A stretch of DNA of 64,000 bases from Sulfolobales archaeon. GTDB lineage: Archaea > Thermoproteota > Thermoprotei_A > Sulfolobales > AG1. Below are positions 61,232 to 64,000 of this stretch, piece by piece; position 1 is the first letter of the stretch; the number at the start of each line of letters is the position of its first letter. The notes beneath the pieces were generated by a model, which was not told the origin of the DNA, did no database searches, and worked only from the letters and a program-made list of their open reading frames with translations. Location of the stretch: assembly GCA_038867615.1 (NCBI GenBank), contig JAWBYA010000001.1, positions 288,001 through 352,000 on the forward strand, in the 5' to 3' direction. The translations under genes and the position numbers were made by a program.

Positions 61232-61400
61232 TTCTTTGTCACCGCATCCATTTTATGGAGGAGAGCTTATATATCTTATCACTCAGCTATCCATACTAGT
61301 AATCACCTGGTTAGCATGTGTGCTATATATGCTGTGATGAGGCACGGCTATGGTCTATAGAGGGTATTTCTTATATAGCCTGGGGGTTTGATGATACTAT

Positions 61401-61997
61401 ATGGGCCGTGCTATGGATCGGAGATTATCTTTGCTAGAGGATCTTGTTAAAAGCCTGTCATCGAGGGATCCTGTGCATGGTTGGGAGCATATAGAGAGGG
61501 TGAGGAGGCTTTGCAGATATATAGCCTCTAGATATGGGGGCTCTGTGGATCTCGAGATCCTCGATCTTGCAGCTCTTCTCCATGATGTTGGCAGATTTGT
61601 TGGGGATGGCAGGCACCACTCAGAGTTATCTGCGGAGTTTGCAGAGAAGATCCTCAGGATCTTGGGTTATGGGGAGGATAAGATCTCGAGGGTGGTTGGT
61701 GCTATAACAAGCCATAGCTATAGCTATGGGCGTGAGCCGGAAACAATAGAGGGGAAGATACTCAGCGATGCTGATAAGATAGACGCTATGGGGGCTGTGG
61801 GGGTTGCGAGGACATTCATGCTGGGGGGTTTGTGGGGGAGGGGTATTGATGAGACTCTAAAGCACTTTGAGGAGAAGCTTTTAAAGCTATATGGAAGGCT
61901 CTACCTAGAAGTCTCTAGAGAGATAGCTAGGGATAGGTTTGAGTTTCTAGAGAAGTTCTATAAACAGATCCGGGGCGAGCTTGGAGTAGAGGTCTAG
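61401..61997 (+). CDS. HD-domain phosphohydrolase
   Basis: HGWEH, LLHDVG, HS, DADKIDAMG. Confidence 0.92.
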   Translation: MGRAMDRRLSLLEDLVKSLSSRDPVHGWEHIERVRRLCRYIASRYGGSVDLEILDLAALLHDVGRFVGDGRHHSELSAEFAEKILRILGYGEDKISRVVGAITSHSYSYGREPETIEGKILSDADKIDAMGAVGVARTFMLGGLWGRGIDETLKHFEEKLLKLYGRLYLEVSREIARDRFEFLEKFYKQIRGELGVEV

Positions 61998-62013
61998 GAG
62001 GTCTAGCCCGGCC

Positions 62014-62068
62014 TCATCAGTTGAGACAGGTTATGTCACCGTTCCAAACGGCTCTTCCTCATCACAAT
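62014..62068 (-). ncRNA. C/D box sRNA with guides complementary to the 23S rRNA peptidyl-transferase region
   Basis: GTGATGA-GGAAGAGCCGTT-TGGA..GGTGACA-TAACCTGTCTCAA-CTGA; guides pair with conserved LSU CGGCUCUUCC and UGAGACAGGU. Confidence 0.82.
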
Positions 62069-62115
62069 AAAATATAGAGACCAACTGCTTATATCTCTAA
62101 CCATTCGGGTAAGGG

Positions 62116-62649
62116 TTACGGGTATTCCAGCCTCTTTGGGAGCCTGACGCCCCTCTGGCCTTGGTAGGCGCCTCTATATGGTCTCTCTATAGGTGTGGAT
62201 ACCTTGGAGAGGATCACGTGGAGAAACCTTGTCCCCGCCCTCAGGCTTACTGGGAAGGGGGGTGCCTGTACCTCTATAGTTAGCTGCCCCTCAAAACCCC
62301 CGTCGATCAGTGTTGGGGGTATTATGAAGCCAAGCCTAGCGAAAGTCGATCTCAGCTCGACAAACCCGGCAAGCTCTGGTGGGAGGCGTATGTATTCGAG
62401 GGTATGCATCAAATACCTCCCCCAAGGCTTTGTCTGGAAAACCCCGTTGGTCTCATAGCATTTAAAATACTCGCTAGGATCCCACTCACCATAGGGATCC
62501 AAAGGCTTGTCCGACTCAAGCATCTCGCACACCTCGCTACCAAGCCTCAGATCGATGCCATTCTCCCTCACAATACCCTCCCAGAAAGGCTCTATATAGA
62601 GCCTGCCAGAAGATATATAGCTCCTAAGATCGAAATCAGATAGTATCAA
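62116..62649 (-). CDS. dcd: dCTP deaminase
   Basis: MILSD, IDLRL, RSTFARLG, IDGGFEGQLTIE, YQGQ. Confidence 0.93.
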   Translation of the reverse strand: MILSDFDLRSYISSGRLYIEPFWEGIVRENGIDLRLGSEVCEMLESDKPLDPYGEWDPSEYFKCYETNGVFQTKPWGRYLMHTLEYIRLPPELAGFVELRSTFARLGFIIPPTLIDGGFEGQLTIEVQAPPFPVSLRAGTRFLHVILSKVSTPIERPYRGAYQGQRGVRLPKRLEYP

Positions 62650-62883
62650 GAACCAGCCCTCAAGAAAACCATTCCTGGACGGATCACTATTAAAACGTTT
62701 GCCCCCGATGTAATCGTTACCTCACCGATACAGGGATAGAGAACCACTTGGAGTAATATGTGGTTATCGAGCCTGGCGGTATAGAGCCTAAGCTATCTCG
62801 CGAAGATCGTTTTCCGGACGGCTTGGAATACTACTGGAGGAATTATTAGATAAAGAAATAACCCCCTATAGATCTACTATGGT

Positions 62884-62936
62884 TGATGATGAGGGGTGCA
62901 AACAATGAAGGGTGATTAGCGCGCTCTTCGCTGAGC
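62884..62936 (+). ncRNA. C/D box sRNA candidate
   Basis: Box C ATGATGA 62886-92, D' ATGA, C' GGTGATT, box D CTGA 62931-34. Confidence 0.7.
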
Positions 62937-63331
62937 GAGAAGATGTGTAGTGAGCCCCAGCATTATTCCCAGTCCTCTGTTATCTCTCAGCGAAGGCTGC
63001 GTTACCAGAAAATGGTAACGCAGAGCCCTATACTCTTGGAACAATTCATGCTAGTAAGCGCATCTCGCTATAGGGTCGCTACACTAAATACAAAGTTCCT
63101 CATGATCTTTTCTTTATAGTATTACCTCTCGAGAATCAATATAATATCTGAATTAAAAAGGCTCTTTATACCAATGCGAGAACTTCTTTCCAGAACAACT
63201 AGGATCGAGATCTGGGAGGGCTCTTACGATATAAGGGAAAGAGCAGTTAAATGTGTAGAGGGTAACTAAGCTAGCAAGCCAGTAATGCTAGCCGGCTAGA
63301 GGTCTCGGTTTAGTGTGCTTAACCGACCTGG

Positions 63332-63865
63332 CTATTTATAGTTTAAGGTGCCGTTGATCACTTCTGCGCAGGAGGTTAGCCTATGCTCTATTACGTGATC
63401 TCGATCGAGTATATGTATAACACTATAGCCTTTACTTACCAGCCAGTCTGATATTATTTTTCTATGACAGTTCCACGGTAGCTTCTCGGCGCACATTATT
63501 GCTATGAGTTTCTCGCCTGCGAGTCTCAGGATCCTTTCGAGAGCTTCTCCAGCCTCTCTGTTTTTAAGTATATAGTTAGCATATGCTCTGAAACCCTCGC
63601 TCTCAAAACATCTCCCAATACCGTGGTCCTCTATATCTCTACCAAACCTTCTATAACCTCCTAGGGCTTCTTCCCATATATAGCTGATCCCATGGCTTGG
63701 CAGGATCTTCTCCAGGTTCTCGCGGCTAAAATGGGGATGCTTTCTACTCTTTGGCCATCTCCTCACATCTATGAGTATCTCGACGTTGAATTCTCTCAAT
63801 ATTGTTATGAGATCATCGAGGCTTCTGTTCGAATGCCCCATGGTTAGGATCTTTCTGTGATAGAT
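63332..63865 (-). CDS. DUF488 family protein
   Basis: (KILT)MGHS, DVRRWPKS, LGG, MCAE...CHR; homology extends upstream of ATG 63841, so the start is uncertain. Confidence 0.88.
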   Translation of the reverse strand: MYHRKILTMGHSNRSLDDLITILREFNVEILIDVRRWPKSRKHPHFSRENLEKILPSHGISYIWEEALGGYRRFGRDIEDHGIGRCFESEGFRAYANYILKNREAGEALERILRLAGEKLIAIMCAEKLPWNCHRKIISDWLVSKGYSVIHILDRDHVIEHRLTSCAEVINGTLNYK

Positions 63866-64000
63866 ATTCCCCCCAGCTATTGTGATCCTTGAAGGGTTAT
63901 AGAGTTGAGACCCATGGATCTTAGGGTCTCGCCCTAAACTATAGATCGGTTTCTCTTTGAAATCTTATCCCTAACCCTCTCTATAAATACTTTTATAGCT

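Noticed and set aside
61334-61400. GTGATGA box C upstream of the HD gene (also one at 19437-19443 on the minus strand)
   Set aside because: No correctly spaced CTGA box D.
1-64000. CRISPR array, rRNA, SRP or RNase P RNA
   Set aside because: No regularly spaced direct repeats or signature motifs were found by eye.
1-64000. Visibly frequent GATC/AGATC words as a methylation or uptake signal
   Set aside because: Plausibly explained by codon pairs (GAG/AAG/AGG followed by ATC, or GAT followed by CTN); enrichment cannot be quantified here.

Overview
Archaeal chromosomal window, inferred to be from a thermophilic crenarchaeote (Thermoprotei). Evidence: Alba, EF-2 with the diphthamide His motif plus Dph5, tRNA splicing endonuclease, intron-containing tRNA-Trp, C/D box sRNAs, and many TTG/GTG starts. 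Most of it is housekeeping and metabolism: lipB/lipA/prpB, 2-oxoacid dehydrogenase E1 alpha/beta, valS, uppS, ubiX, ribK/dph5/ribL, two sugar ABC systems with one ATPase, a siroheme/Ahb heme cluster, EF-2, an iron-type ABC system and dcd. Points of interest: (1) three dispersed copies of a non-coding element that looks like the decayed 3' end (omegaRNA-like scaffold plus subterminal hairpin) of an IS200/IS605 tnpB, with no intact tnpB in the window; (2) an AT-rich ABC/AAA ATPase plus TOPRIM-like gene pair (defence-like); (3) a divergent pair made of a 2058-aa surface-anchored protein and a secreted ~495-aa protein; (4) several genes that appear to need ATT/ATC start codons; (5) two DNA-glycosylase homologues lacking catalytic residues; (6) an RD/RE-rich Cys-rich protein beside endA; (7) at least four C/D sRNAs, one targeting the 23S peptidyl-transferase region and one fused to a strongly structured 3' extension. 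No CRISPR array or integrase was seen. All family calls come from motif recognition by eye, not database searches.
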